Shown here: positions 27,958 through 40,933 of the stretch, piece after piece | Layout: every line of letters begins with the position of its first letter | Position numbering within the stretch: the stretch's first letter is position 1 | NCBI GenBank assembly: GCA_943704425.1 | Contig: CALSCP010000364.1 | Span: 1 to 64,000, forward strand | Direction: 5' to 3' | Source of the DNA: Ministeria vibrans ATCC 50519 | Lineage: Eukaryota; Protista; Filasterea | DNA: 64,000 nt | The notes under the pieces: generated by a model | Database searches by the model: none | Told to the model about the DNA's origin: nothing | What the model saw: only the letters and a program-made list of their open reading frames with translations | Made by a program: the position numbers and the translations under genes

Positions 27958-28666
27958 ATGGTGCGCGTTCTTGTTCCGATCACGACGGACAGCGAAGAGA
28001 TTGAAAGCGTTTCGATTATAGATACACTTGTGCGCGCAGGTGCGTCGGTCACCGTCGCGTCTGCGGAGAACCAACTCCAGGCAAGTTCACACCAACGCAA
28101 ACCCGCAACGTGAAAACACGCTCGTTCCGTCGACAGGTACGATGCTCTCGCGGCGTGAATCTTGTAGCCGACGTGCTTCTGAGCGATGTCGCTGTTGACA
28201 CGCTCTTCGATGCCATTGCCATTCCAGGAGGTGAGTTCCGCGCGACCAAAAGTGAGTGAGTCGTGTTCACCCCCCTTCTTCCGTTCAGGCTCCGGTGCCA
28301 AAGCGCTGGCGTCAAATGCGCACCTGTCTGCCCTGCTTCAGAGTCATTATGAAGCAGGCCGCATTGTGGCGGCTGTCTGTGCGGCTCCGGCACTCGTTTT
28401 GGCGCCATTGGGACTGCTGGATGGCAAGAGAGCGACCGGCTATCCTGCGACACACGACAACATCCCAAACTGCGTTCGCGATGAGGCGGTTGTGCGCGAC
28501 GGTACAACCCATTGAACGACCCCATTGCATTCAATGCCCCTCTGTAGGCAATGTGATCACTGCTACTGGGCCCGCGACTTCGATTCGCTTTGCTATTGAG
28601 ATTGCCGACGCACTATTTGGAGCGGAGATGAGCGCGACGCTTCGAAAGCAGATGCTCGTCGACTGA
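27958..28666 (+). CDS. PARK7: DJ-1/PfpI family deglycase/glyoxalase, 4 exons
   Basis: SEEIE (conserved Glu), PGG, AAVCAAP (nucleophilic Cys), ATGYP, VITATGPATS; first intron is GC-AG. Confidence 0.88.
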
Positions 28667-28742
28667 AGACCGAAGAGCAGCATTTTGATATTATATAGAC
28701 CAAAAAGAAAAAATAAGTGTTACAATATGGTATTTTCTGTTT

Positions 28743-29173
28743 TCAAGAGAAGTCTCTGTCGGGCAACACAGCGGGAGCAATGACAGTCCAGAGATAGAGC
28801 AGCCACACCAGCCAGGAGGAGACCATCTGGACCCACAGCGACGCATCGTCCGAGCCCAGTGTCACCAGTTGCTGCAGAAAAAACCAATGAGTCAGTTAGA
28901 AGGCAGAGGGAGGGGGGTGAGGGGTACATTGTGGACTGTGGGATGGACAAAGCCCGTGAGGAGCAGCGCAGAGTACATTGCCGCACCGGCATACGTCACA
29001 TGAAACCAGAAGTACGAATACTTGGTCGCCTACATAGATGTACAAGCAAGGACTGAGCGGGTGTTGTTGATGTGTATCTGTGTGTTTGTGTGGCGTACAT
29101 CTGCTTCGTCGTTGTACTCGTCCATGTCCCCCCGTTCAGTATCGCGCTGGAGCAAAGGTGTCTCGTTTGACGC
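28743..29173 (-). CDS. SERINC: SERINC/TMS membrane protein, 3' exons (29173-29099, 29029-28928, 28871-28743); missed by the ORF track
   Basis: Spliced translation ...DEYNDEAD|ATKYSYFWFHVTYAGAAMYSALLLT...|...SLWVQMVSSWLVWLLYLWTVIAPAVLPDRDFS* is the Serinc C-terminal signature. Confidence 0.9.
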
Positions 29174-29210
29174 CTGCAGTCCATTTCGCGTCAGTCTCCA
29201 TTCTCCCCTT

Positions 29211-29245
<35 letters not shown>

Positions 29246-29250
29246 CTTAG

Positions 29251-32200
29251 GACAAAGCTGTGCTGTCGAAGATCAACTGGCACTACATCATCATTGACGA
29301 AGGGCACCGCATGAAGAATCACAATTGCAAACTGTCGCAGACACTCACTCAACACTACAGCTCGGCCAACCGTCTTCTGTTGAGTGGCACTCCCCTTCAG
29401 AACAACCTTCAAGAGATGTGGGCGCTTCTCAACTTCTTGCTTCCGTCCATTTTCAACTCACCCGAGACCTTTGACGAGTGGTTCAACAAGCCATTTGCCA
29501 ACACGGGCGAGAAACTTGAGCTCACCGAGGAAGAGACCATTCTTGTGCTCCGTCGACTTCACAAGGTGACACACACCCTCGCACACATATAATGATTATA
29601 ATATATACACACACATACATTCATTCACAACCTCTTTTTTTGTCATTGTCCGGTTGCTTATCCCTTTCCTTCTTTTTAGGTGTTGCGCCCGTTTCTGTTG
29701 CGTCGGCTGAAAAAGGACGTGGAGAGCCAACTGCCCGACAAGGTGGAGTATGTGTTGAAATGCGAGATGTCGGGGCTGCAGCGCCGTGTATACCTCAAGA
29801 TGAAGGACAAAGGGATCCTTCTGACGGAGAATGGCAGCAAGAAGCCCGGCAAGACTTCACAGAACCAGCTTATGAACACCATTATGCAACTGCGCAAGAT
29901 CTGCAACCACCCGTTTATGTTCCAGGAGGTTGAACTCGCCATGGCCCGCCACCTCGGCTACACCACCAACACGGTGCATGGCCGCGATCTTGTGCGCGCT
30001 GCTGGCAAATTTGAGCTCCTTGATCGGCTGTTGCCGAAGCTCATTCGCTTCAACCATCGTGTTCTCATGTTTTGTCAGGTACGGTGGACACATTTTTTTT
30101 GTCGAGCCAGCAAACCCCCGTGTATGCCCAAGACTGATGCCAGACGTGTTTCTTTTTTTCTTTTCTTTTTTTCATTTTTTTTTCTCACAGATGACCAATC
30201 TGATGACGGTGATGGAGGACTTTTTGGCGTGGAAAGGGATCAAATATCTGCGTTTGGATGGTAGCACGAAGCCAGAGGAGCGCGGAGAGCTACTGGAGAA
30301 GTTCAATGCGCCCGACTCGCCCTACTTTCTGTTTCTGCTGTCGACTCGCGCCGGTGGACTCGGGCTCAACCTGCAAACGGCGGACACGGTGATCATCTTT
30401 GACTCGGACTGGAACCCGCATCAGGACCAACAGGCCCAGGACCGCGCACACCGCATTGGGCAGAAGAACGAAGTGCGTGTCTTCCGACTCGTCATTGCCA
30501 ATTCGGTGGAGGAGAAGATTCTGGCAGCGGCGCAGTACAAACTGGACATGGACGAGAAGGTCATTCAAGCAGGCAAGTTTGACCAGAAATCGACGGGTGC
30601 GGAGCGTCGTCAGCTCCTTGAGGCGCTTGTGAGTGGAGGTGAGCGCGACGAGGACGAAGAGGAAGAGGTATAGTATTTGTATTATTTTTATTATTCTTAA
30701 TATTTTTATTATTATTAATTTTAATATTATTTATATTAATTATTAGCTGGTTGACGATGAGATGCTGAACACAATGGTGGCGCGTACGGACGAGGAGTTT
30801 GCGGTGTTTCAGCAGATGGACTTGGACGTGCGGGCGCAGGACGAGCATCGGCTGTTTCAGGAGAAGGAGCTGCCCGAGGAGATGCTGGTTGACGAACCAG
30901 AGGTGGACAGCGAGGAGCTGGCCGCCCAGGCCGCTGCTGACTTTGGCCGCGGACGGCGTGAGCGCAAGGATGTCGCCTATGACGATGGAATGAGCGAGGC
31001 GCAGTTCTTACGCGTATGACTCTATACATGGATACTGAGGAGCGACAATTTTGGCGGACTAACTGTCTACGTTTGTTGTTCTTGTTGTTGTCATTCTGTC
31101 AGGCGGCTGAGGCAGGCGAGATTGACGAGTCACTGTCGCGCAAACGCTCACGCAGTAGGGCAATGGGGAGCCCAACGAGCAGCGGCTATGTGTCACCTGC
31201 GGTTGGCTCACGCGTATTCTATCACACAACACTTTCTGGTACGAGAACCTGATTTTTGTGCTTGTTTGTTTGTAGGCCCAGTCTCCGTCGGGTGGTGATC
31301 CACACTTGCGATCCCTGTTGTTGTTGCTGTATTCACAAATGACCGAACAGAAGGACGCGTAAGCACACACACACACACACACACCACAAAGACATACACC
31401 ACAAAGACACACACACACACAAAGACATTCACCACAAAGACACACACACAAACACAAACACAAACACACACTCACTCTCTTACGCTTGACTTCTACTCAC
31501 TTGTTCACCTGCCGCAACCTTGCTCACTTCACGTTTTCACCCACTCACTTTTTTTACTCCGTTTGTTGCAGCAATGGCGATCAGCTTGTGATGGACTTTG
31601 TGCGCCTTCCGTCTCGTCGCGACTTGCCCTATTACTACACTGTCATTCAGCAACCAATGGACTTTGTTCGTATCAAGGTACTTTTTCTTTTATTCCTTTG
31701 AATCTCCCTTATAGTTTTTTTTTTTGTTGTCGATTGTTCGATGATGTAGTCTAAGATTTCTCAGAATCGCTATGGAAGCGTCGACGAAATGGCTGCCGAC
31801 GTTATGTACGAGAGAAAATTTAACACATTACACTCACATACACACACACACTCACTCACTCTCACCCTCTTTCTTTTTCTCTCACACTTTGTTTCTCTCC
31901 CCCTCCCCCTTCTCTCTCACACTTTGTTTCTTTCTCCCTACTCCTTTTCTCTTTCTCCTTCTCTACACTTAGACTTCTATGTGACAATGCTGAGCAGTTC
32001 AATCAGGAGGACTCGGAAATCTATCAGACGTCCAAGCAGATTCGACAGTTGTGGAGAGACGTGACGCAATCGGTGCTCGGCGAGACGCTCCATGACGAGA
32101 CCGCCACCACCACCACCACCACGGAAGACGCTGCGACCCCGCGCGTCCTCATTCGTATGCAAGCGCCCAAGCGCAGTGCTGACGAGGCCTCTCACGATGC

Positions 32201-32264
32201 AGGTTGTGACACGTCGACTGCCCCCGAATGGGAGACCGAGCCCAAACGCCCGCGTCTCGATTAG
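29251..32264 (+). CDS. SNF2/BRM/BRG1-type chromatin remodeler, 3' half only (ATPase from motif II, HELICc, SnAC, bromodomain)
   Basis: [79 protein letters not shown]; bromodomain [18 protein letters not shown]; no motif I or N-terminal exons in the window. Confidence 0.9.
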
Positions 32265-32542
32265 AAGTAAATCAACTGAAGAAGAAGAAGAAGAAGACAT
32301 TTCCAATTTATTATCAATCACAAACGAAAAGCCACAACACAAACAGCTCAGAACCACCTTCTAAGCTACGGGAGCGAACTGATTTTTTTTTTATAATAAT
32401 TGTGACTTCAATTTCTTTTAAAACTATTTTGATTGAAGTAATAAAATAAATTAATGAGTCGCCGGCACACACTTAATCTTCCTCTCCCTTGCCTTACGCC
32501 GTGCTGCACTTTGCTTTGCACGCCTGGCACCGTTGATCTAGA

Positions 32543-34276
32543 ATGCTGCGCTCGCTCTCCCGTGGAGCGCATGCGGCGAGCTGGACACGGGCGATTCTGA
32601 CCCGGTCTGCAGCGGCCGCCACGCGACCCCTTGTGGCGGCTCGCCGAATGACCTCGGCGGCCGCAGTCGAGGAGCCGATCGAAGAGACGACCTTTAGCAG
32701 CATCGGCGTCCATCCCGACCTGGTCAAAGCTCTGGCGAAGAAGGGCCTCGAGAACGCCTTTCCCATTCAGGCCAAGACGTTTGCCGCGGCCGCCAACGGC
32801 GACGACATCTTTGCGCAGGCTATCACCGGCAGTGGTAAGACACTTGCCTTCCTCTTGCCCGTGCTGCATCGCCACGCATCGCAAGCGGCGCCGCTCAAAC
32901 GACGTCGCAAAGTCACGACGCTCGTCCTCTCGCCAACACGTGAGCTTTGCAAGCAAATTCAGTCGGTCTGCCAAGCCTACGAAGAGTGCACCAAGGCCCG
33001 ATCTCTCTCTGTGTACGGTGGCGCCCCGTACAGCCAACAGTCAGGCCCGCTGCAAGCGCAGCTCGTCGACATTGTGATCGGCACGCCCGGCCGTGTCCAG
33101 GATATGATCAACCGAGGCGACTTGTCCCTCTCCAACTTGAAAACGTTGGTCCTCGACGAGGCCGACGAAATGCTCGAGCGCGGCTTCAAGCGCGAGGTCG
33201 ACGATATTCTTCAAGCGTGCCCCCCCGCCGCGGACCGCCAGACGCTGCTCCTCAGCGCCACTCTGCCCTCCCACATCCGCAAACTCTGCAGCCAGTACAT
33301 GAACAACGTCAAGTACATCGACCTGGTCAACGACTTGGGCAAGTCACCTAGCCGTGTCACGCACGAGGTCGCGCCCATGCGTCGCGCCTCTGTCCAGAAA
33401 CTGAGCGAAAACGTTGGTCACATCATGACCAAGACGGAGAGCAAGTCAGCCATTGTCTTCTGCAACACCAGACGCATGGTCGATCAAATTACCGACGGCT
33501 TGTGCGACAACGGCATCGACGCCGTGGCACTGCACGGTGCTCTCACGCAAGGTCGCCGTGACTCCACCATGGCCAAGTTCCGTCGTGGCTCGGCAAGCGT
33601 CTTGGTCTGCACCGACATTGCCGCGCGTGGCATCGACGTCCCCAACTGCGACATTGTCATTCAAGCGCTCCCGCCAACCAACTATGCCTACTACTTGCAC
33701 CGCAGTGGCCGCACAGGTCGTGCGGGGCGCAGCGGCCGCTCCATCACAATTGTCTACCAACGCGACCCGGAGCACAACGCCTTCTTCCGCCACATCCGCG
33801 AAAAGTGCGATGTCACCATCTCGGACGCTTTCGAAGAGCTCAAGTCGTACGAGTCCGCAGTCGACAGTGATACTGACAGCAACCAGAAATGGGGCGACGA
33901 AAATCGCCAAAACACGGGAGGTGGTGGTGGTAGCTATGGTCGTGGTGGCGATGGCGATGGCGGTTATGGTCGTGGCCGTGGTGGCGCTGGATACGGTCGA
34001 GGTGGCGGCGGTGGTGCCGGGTACGGTCGTGGTGGTGGCTATGGTGGTGGTGGTGGTCGTGGTGGTGGTGGAGGCGGTTACGGCGTCTCCAACGACTACA
34101 GCGAGCGTCGTGGCCGTGACAGCGGGAGCTTCGGTCGTCGTCGTGGTGGTGGCGCTAGCCGTTATGACGACTTTGACGAGGACGACGACTCTTCCTTTTC
34201 CCGCCATACTTCCAGGTCGCGCTCTACCCGTGACAGCCACTCCGGTCGTTTTAGTCGCAGTGACGATTTTGAGTGA
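32543..34276 (+). CDS. Intronless DEAD-box RNA helicase, DDX21/plant RH3-RH53-like, predicted mitochondrial, RGG tail
   Basis: FPIQ, TGSGKT, PTRELC, TPGR, DEAD, SAT, ARGID, HRSGRTGR; Arg/Ala/Ser-rich presequence; Gly/Arg-rich C-terminus. Confidence 0.92.
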   Translation: MLRSLSRGAHAASWTRAILTRSAAAATRPLVAARRMTSAAAVEEPIEETTFSSIGVHPDLVKALAKKGLENAFPIQAKTFAAAANGDDIFAQAITGSGKTLAFLLPVLHRHASQAAPLKRRRKVTTLVLSPTRELCKQIQSVCQAYEECTKARSLSVYGGAPYSQQSGPLQAQLVDIVIGTPGRVQDMINRGDLSLSNLKTLVLDEADEMLERGFKREVDDILQACPPAADRQTLLLSATLPSHIRKLCSQYMNNVKYIDLVNDLGKSPSRVTHEVAPMRRASVQKLSENVGHIMTKTESKSAIVFCNTRRMVDQITDGLCDNGIDAVALHGALTQGRRDSTMAKFRRGSASVLVCTDIAARGIDVPNCDIVIQALPPTNYAYYLHRSGRTGRAGRSGRSITIVYQRDPEHNAFFRHIREKCDVTISDAFEELKSYESAVDSDTDSNQKWGDENRQNTGGGGGSYGRGGDGDGGYGRGRGGAGYGRGGGGGAGYGRGGGYGGGGGRGGGGGGYGVSNDYSERRGRDSGSFGRRRGGGASRYDDFDEDDDSSFSRHTSRSRSTRDSHSGRFSRSDDFE

Positions 34277-34533
34277 TGTGTTCTGTGCGAGGGTGTGAAT
34301 TTTGTGCCTTTTTGTCTGTGACTCTCTTCTCTTCGTCACTGTATGTTGGTGTTTTCAGGTATTTTTTATGTGTGTGTGTGTCTGTTTCTCTTTGTGTCTG
34401 TGTTTGTGTGTGTGTGTGTGTGAAGGAGTAATAATTAAACGTAACCCAGAAGGAAAGTTGAGAAATCAAAGGCAGGAACAATTAAACAAAGTGAACGTTT
34501 TGTACATACAATGATGATAAAAATCCACGAAAT

Positions 34534-37059
34534 CTACCAATCTTCGGAGCGGTCGACGGGCTGCTTGGCGTGATTGAAGACCAGTTGGAGCTCGGGAGGG
34601 TCGAAGCGGCCATGTTCTGCGTCCGTATTGTACTTTGCGAGGAGCTCAGCAAACTCAACGCGCGACAGCATGAGATGCTGGGCGGAACTGGCCGAGACGT
34701 GCAAGTGAAAGGGCGAAGTGGTCGTGGAGGTCGTGGTGGTTGAGGTGGCGGTGCGTGTAGATACAGAAGCAATGGCACTGTTTTCGTTGCTTGTGGTATC
34801 GGGAGGGGACGCGTCGGCAAAAAGATTGAGGCTGTTTGTGGAGACAAACGCACGACGAGAGCGCGCGCTCAAGGTTGGCAAAGCATTCGCATCGCTCGCA
34901 TTGCTGCTGGTGCCCTCGGCCAATATGCGCTGTTTCGCCGAGGGCGACACGAGCGAGGGGGTCGACGATGAAGCCTGACGTGTCAGTGTCAGACACTCTT
35001 CTTTGCTCGACAGAATCTGCGGTTCGGACTGTCGACGCGACGAGGACGACGACGAGGCACGAGACAGATCGCGCGGCGTTAAACCCGCTTCGGAAAGTCG
35101 GTCGAGTTCTTCATTGCTGGTCACACTGAGAATACCCGGTACCAGTAAGGAATCCGATGCGGTGTGCGCAAGCAACGGCATCAACTTAATGGGTGGCGAT
35201 GTACGGGTAGGGGCTGTCGCCAATGTAGTGTTGGAGCCACGGGCGCCGGCTGTGCGAGGAGAGCGATCGGGAGAGTGAGGCTGCAACAGCCGATCGCTAT
35301 GACTGGCGTGAATGGGAGACGAGACGGGGGGCAGACTGGACGATGAGGTGCTGGTACTCGAGTAGGTGTCGGAGGAGTCACAACGTCGACGATCCTCGCG
35401 GTATTCAGCGCCGCTGTCATCACTGTGTCCTTCGTCTTCGTCATGGGTCAGAGACGCAAGCGATGCCGAGAGAAGCGACGCGGACGAGCCTAACGGATGA
35501 ATCACAAGGGATGCGGCCATGCCACTGCCACCACCAATGTTGCCGTCGCCCATATCGTCGTAAGTGTCGCTGTCACCGCCACACGCGTCCTCGTCACGAT
35601 CGTACGCATAGCGATCTTCGTTTAAATAGCCACGAAAGGCGCGAGACAAACCGTCGGGTCCGAATGAGGAGGTGTTGCCTGCCGCTGCAATCGCCTCTGT
35701 CGCCGATGTGGCGGCAAGTTGGGTGTCGGAAGCCGAGTCGAGATTAGAAGAGGACAAGGATGCAGGCGCATGTGCGGCGATGTCGGAGACACGTGGCGTA
35801 ACGGTCAACGAACTGGTCAGACTCCTGAGCGTGCTAGTGCTGACATTGCTTGGTCCATCGATAGAAAGAGACGACGTCCCTCGCAATGCGATTGAGTCCG
35901 ATGCTGCTGCAGCAGCAGGTGAATGGTCACCGATGTCGTTGGCATCGTCGCTGTCGTTGTTGAAGTCCTTGACGTCGTTGGATGTGTTGTTGTTGTTGTT
36001 GTTGATGCTGGAAACTACAGTGACGGCAGCCACGGCGTCCGAGGTGGTCGCTGCACTACCGCTGGTGTCACAACGGACACGCGTCGGACTCGAATCGCAG
36101 CACGACACGTCACCGCGCACCTTGACGACGTAGTAGCCGGGTGCGTTTCGATCGATCTCCATGTCAGCGTACATGGCGACTTCCGTCTCGAATCGACATC
36201 GTTTGGCCAGACCGGCGTCGATTTGAGTCACAATGCGTTGCTTGTGCTCGAACAGCATGGAGCGACGGCCGCGCGACTGACTGCCAAGGGGGCGACCACG
36301 CTGCGTGTCGGTCTCGACGTCCGTGATGGGCACACTGGCACAGAGAATGCGATAGACCAAGAGCTGGTGAAAGGTGGCGCGCACTACGTAATCGTAGTGG
36401 GCAAAGAGACGAAAGAAGATGGGCCCAAGGAGCACGTGGGTGACGAGCTCGTGGCGGTAGAGACCCTCGATGGAGGCAAAGTTACGGTAGAGTAGCACGA
36501 GGGTGTTGCCAACGGTCTCGCACAGGTCTGACTCGAGAAGCATTTGAATGCAACGAAAGAAGAGTGCATAGTCGAAGGTAGTGGGCACACTGACGCCCGC
36601 CTGCACGAGCGCCCCAAAGAAGCAGTCACAACAGCGAAGGGCTCCCGCCACCTGACTCGGGTGGTTGAGCGAGGTACGGCGCAACACGGTGGACATGATG
36701 GGCGAGAGTAGGTTGACATTGTGAAGGAGGGCGGTCGCCGCCTGCAACAACGACGGAGGGTACTCGCTGACGCGAAGTGCACGCAAATTGAAGAAGAAGT
36801 GTTGTACGAGAACGCCATAGCCGGGGATCACGGCCCAGTCGGAGGCTTCCTTGGTCAAACAGTATTGCACAATCTTCTCGATAAACACCATGAAGAGCAC
36901 ACTACCCTTGCGTCGCAGCCGTTCATACCACTCATCTCCAAACTCAAATATCAACTCATCCTGAGCAGCCAATTTCGCTTCGTCTGCCTACAAAGGAAAA
37001 AAGAATACAAAATAGTATTATTATTGTTTTATTTTTCTATTATTATTGTTTTATTTTTC

Positions 37060-37132
<73 letters not shown>

Positions 37133-39873
37133 TACCTCCATCATTAGATGAATGTTGGCGTGCGACCAGTCCAGTTGAGGGGGCACACCAGTGGCCTGAA
37201 AGGCAACCGATCCATATTGTTCGGCGGTCTGTTGCGACATGACAGGCATAAGTTGACTCAGCAGAGTCGGGCCAAAGTCGGGTAGAATGAAGTAACAGGC
37301 GGCCAGTACAGCACCCGAGAACTCCAATAGTGCCTCATACATGTTCTTTTCGTTCGTGACCTTGCCCAGAATGTACGCGAGTGTGCGCAGTACGAGCGCA
37401 CGCAACGATACAAGCACATTGGTTTGCTCGTCGGCACGCTCGCTCAATGTTCGACCTGCCCGCGACATGTCCAGCTCGCCTCGTCGCAAAATGGTTGTAA
37501 TAATTGCAAAATATCTAAAATGATTGTATTAAAAAGAGAGAGCATAATTATAAGAATTAAACCAAAACCAAACCAAGTTGTGACATACCGAACACGATCC
37601 TGGTAGATGGTACTGTCTGCATACTCAAGCATGAACGACCAAATATCAAGCATTTGGCGAGCGCCGATACGCACTGCAGCGTCATTTTCATAATCAAACA
37701 TGGCGACTTGAGTGGTAGAGGAGCGTGAGGAGCGCAAGAGTGAGAGCATCTTGAGGAGCGCATCGTTGGCCGAGTGCACTTGCCAACGGTGTGCTTTGAC
37801 GTCGCGCACAATGACTTTGTACAGGTCGTGAAGTTCCTTGACTTCGTCTGGAATGTGGATGTGTGATTTGCTGAGTAGAAAAAAAAAGATTTAAAAAGAA
37901 AGTAAGTGGGTTTATTATTCTTATTCCTTTTTCTTCAGGGGGCTTTTTTTTTTTACCTGAGACGCGAGAAAGCGGACGAGACGGAGGTGGAGACGCGATG
38001 GCGGAGGGTTGAGCTCTTGACGGCGCGAGGAGGTGCGGTAGTGCTGGTGCCCGTTGCGTCTGTCACAACGCCCACAAGCGCTTGTTTGTACTACAGGGAG
38101 AACGGAAGAAGAGGAGAGAAGGAGAGAATCGAGAGAGGGTACAAGTGAGTGTAAGTGCGAGGTGATTTGGAACACGATATTATACTTTGGGGACGTTCAG
38201 GACACGTAAATGGCCTTCGATGGTGCCGTAGCTGCGTCCGTTTCGCATCAAATGCTCCTAAAGAAAAAAATGGGTGTTAGTCAAGGCAGATATAAAGAAG
38301 AAGAGCAAATTGTTGGTACCTTGAAGGCAATGGGGTCTTCGGTGACGGCATACTTGCCAAAGGAGATGAAACATTCGCCAACAAGGGTCTCATCGAGACG
38401 AGCCACGCCGCCAAACTGTAGCAAAGGACATTTGAAGGGAAAAAAGGGAGAAAAAAACAGAAATAAAGAGAAAGATAGAGCGGAGGGAGAGAGAGAAAGA
38501 GAGACAAAATAAAAGAAAGTAAAAAAGAGAGAAAGCGAAATAACGTGATAGAGAAAATCAAAGTGATAGAGAAAAAACAAAGTGTGAGATGAGAGTCCAT
38601 ATGACGCAAGTAACAACAAGAAATCTCACCTGAAAGAGTGCAATGCGAATGGAGGAAGGACGGATCTCACGGAGGGTACCCTCGATGCCGACACCTTCCA
38701 GTGAATCGGCGGCCCAAGCGGGCGAGCGGACGCTCTCGACGGGAGGAGAGCGGGTGGATGAAGCATTGCCAACGCCCACGGGAATGTAGGCGTACTCAAG
38801 GATGTAGTGGCGAGCTGTGAACTGTGTCACTTCGCACTCAATGCCGTCCAGCATGATCATCATGTCTGAGATCTGAAACATAAAATATGTTATTAAAAAG
38901 GAAGTTTTTTTTTGGAGTGCGTGTGCGGTAGAACACGAACCTGCTCGAAGCGGACTTGAAGCTCAATGTGCATGGGTGTGGGTGCTTTGCGGATGGGGTC
39001 AAAGAGACGGATGTTGTAGTGAACAGAGTTGGACAGAACGGCCATGAGATTCGTTTCGTACACTAGAAGAAAAAATAAGAGGAGGGAAAGCGAGGGAGGG
39101 AAGAAGAAACAAGGAGAACAGCGCCAAGAGCAATCTGAGAGAAAAGTTTGATATGTACCTCCAACGAGTTCCATTTCAGAATCGAGTTGCTCGGGCCGGC
39201 CACGAAAGGCCTTGATGGAGAAAGTGCGCTTGGCAAGGGTATCCAGGGGCGCAGCGTAGTGAGAGGAGCGCTCCAGCTGAAACTGAAACTCGGAGCATTT
39301 GTAAGCGCTTTCGCTCTTAAAGGTGACTAAACGAAACAAACATTATTAATAATAATACTGATATAATTATTATATTATTATTATTAATGTGAAAATATTA
39401 ATGAATGGTGGTGTTTAGAATTCACCTGTGTCCCAAGTGAACTGAAGGAATAAGCGTGTGTTTGAGTTGGAAAAGCCATAGCCACGAATGCTGTTGATGA
39501 GAAGAGCAAAGCGGTCGATGGAAGGGAAGCCATCGACAAGCGAGTTGCGTTGCAGCTTAGAGACACGGTGTTGGACGCCTGCTTCAGTCATTTCAAGAAA
39601 GCTGAGACGGTCTGCAGATCGTCGTGGGGCTGAAACAACAACAAAAAAATGTGAGAGTGTAGAAAAAAGAGGGAGACAGACAAGAGAGAATTTACCTTTG
39701 ACAGCCTGCTTTTCTGCCTTGGAGCCCGCACATCCGTCATCTGTGACAATACTACATCGTGAATGGACACGGTGAGAGCATTCTACAAAGAGGAACAAAG
39801 TTATTTCAGTGTCATTTTGTCTCCCTCCTCGCTGTATCACTTTGTTGCTTTTGTTTCTTTCTCCCTCCTCTCC

Positions 39874-39907
<34 letters not shown>

Positions 39908-40771
39908 CTCTTGCACTCTTCTCTCCCATGTAGCTCCTATCACACACGCACACACGCATCTACGCAAGTCGCGCTTTGGTGCATAGCTTACCACAGCACT
40001 TGAGACTCTTGCCCCAGATAAGCTGAGCACACGCATCGCATTGTTTCGGTGTTTTGACCACTTGCGTCTTGAAGCGATGAGGCTTCTTGACATCGTCTTC
40101 TTCCTGGCGCACACGAGAGGTAGACGGCGATAGAGGCACGTCGACTAAAAAGAGCATTGCAACGAGAGAGTCGAGAGTCAGGAAAGTTGCGACCAAGCCA
40201 AGAAGGGATCAGCGAGCGTACCGGGATTGGCGACGGTGAAGAGGATTTCAAGACGGATGCGGCCCTGAGGCTCAAGCATGATCCACAGGTCGTTGACGCC
40301 GCGCTCGTTGAGGCTCTCCAGGCGCAGCAGGCCCGAACCCACCTTGGTGCCGTCGACGTCCAAGTCATCGACTACGTTGAACACACTCACCCCGAGTTCC
40401 TCCACCTACAACCACACGCCCCGTGTGAGTGTCTGCCCTTGACATTGGTACTGATTGTAGAGTGCAGTTCACACAGTGAAGCGCATTTGGTTCTTTTTCC
40501 CTTTCCGGTTTTTTTTTCTTTCTTTTTTGCTTTAGTCCAATAAGGAACAGAAATGTACCTTAGCCATTGGAAATGATAGCCTTTCGTTCCACTTGACACA
40601 TAGACTCCCACTTGCAGTGCACGTGGAGGCCCTTGTGCCCCCGAAACTGACGGTACAGAAGAACTCGGCGGGTTTGGGGTCCACAGAGTTTTGCTCTCGC
40701 ACCATGAACAGATCCTGTGCCTCTATGACACGGATCTTCACCGTACGAAGGTCCCACGAGACCTTCGCCAT
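34534..40771 (-). CDS. Large multi-exon protein: C2 + C1 + further C2-like region + DUF1765-like helical domain + low-complexity tail
   Basis: C2: VKIRVIEAQDL..VKWNERLSF. C1: HRFK..PKQCDACAQLIWG..KC..C.HRVHSRC. DUF1765-like: FFRLFAHYDYVVRATFHQLLVYRI. Canonical splice sites throughout. Confidence 0.7.
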
Positions 40772-40933
40772 TGACGGAGCCGCAAGAGGGTTAAGAAAAG
40801 AAATACTTTAGGTCTTTCGTCATTAGCGTGTCATTATCGTAATTTTCGACTCAAATAATAATCAATTTACTATTTAGCACACAATTTCTTTTGTTGGTTT
40901 TGCCTTTTGTTTCTGGAATAAAGCGCTTTTCGA

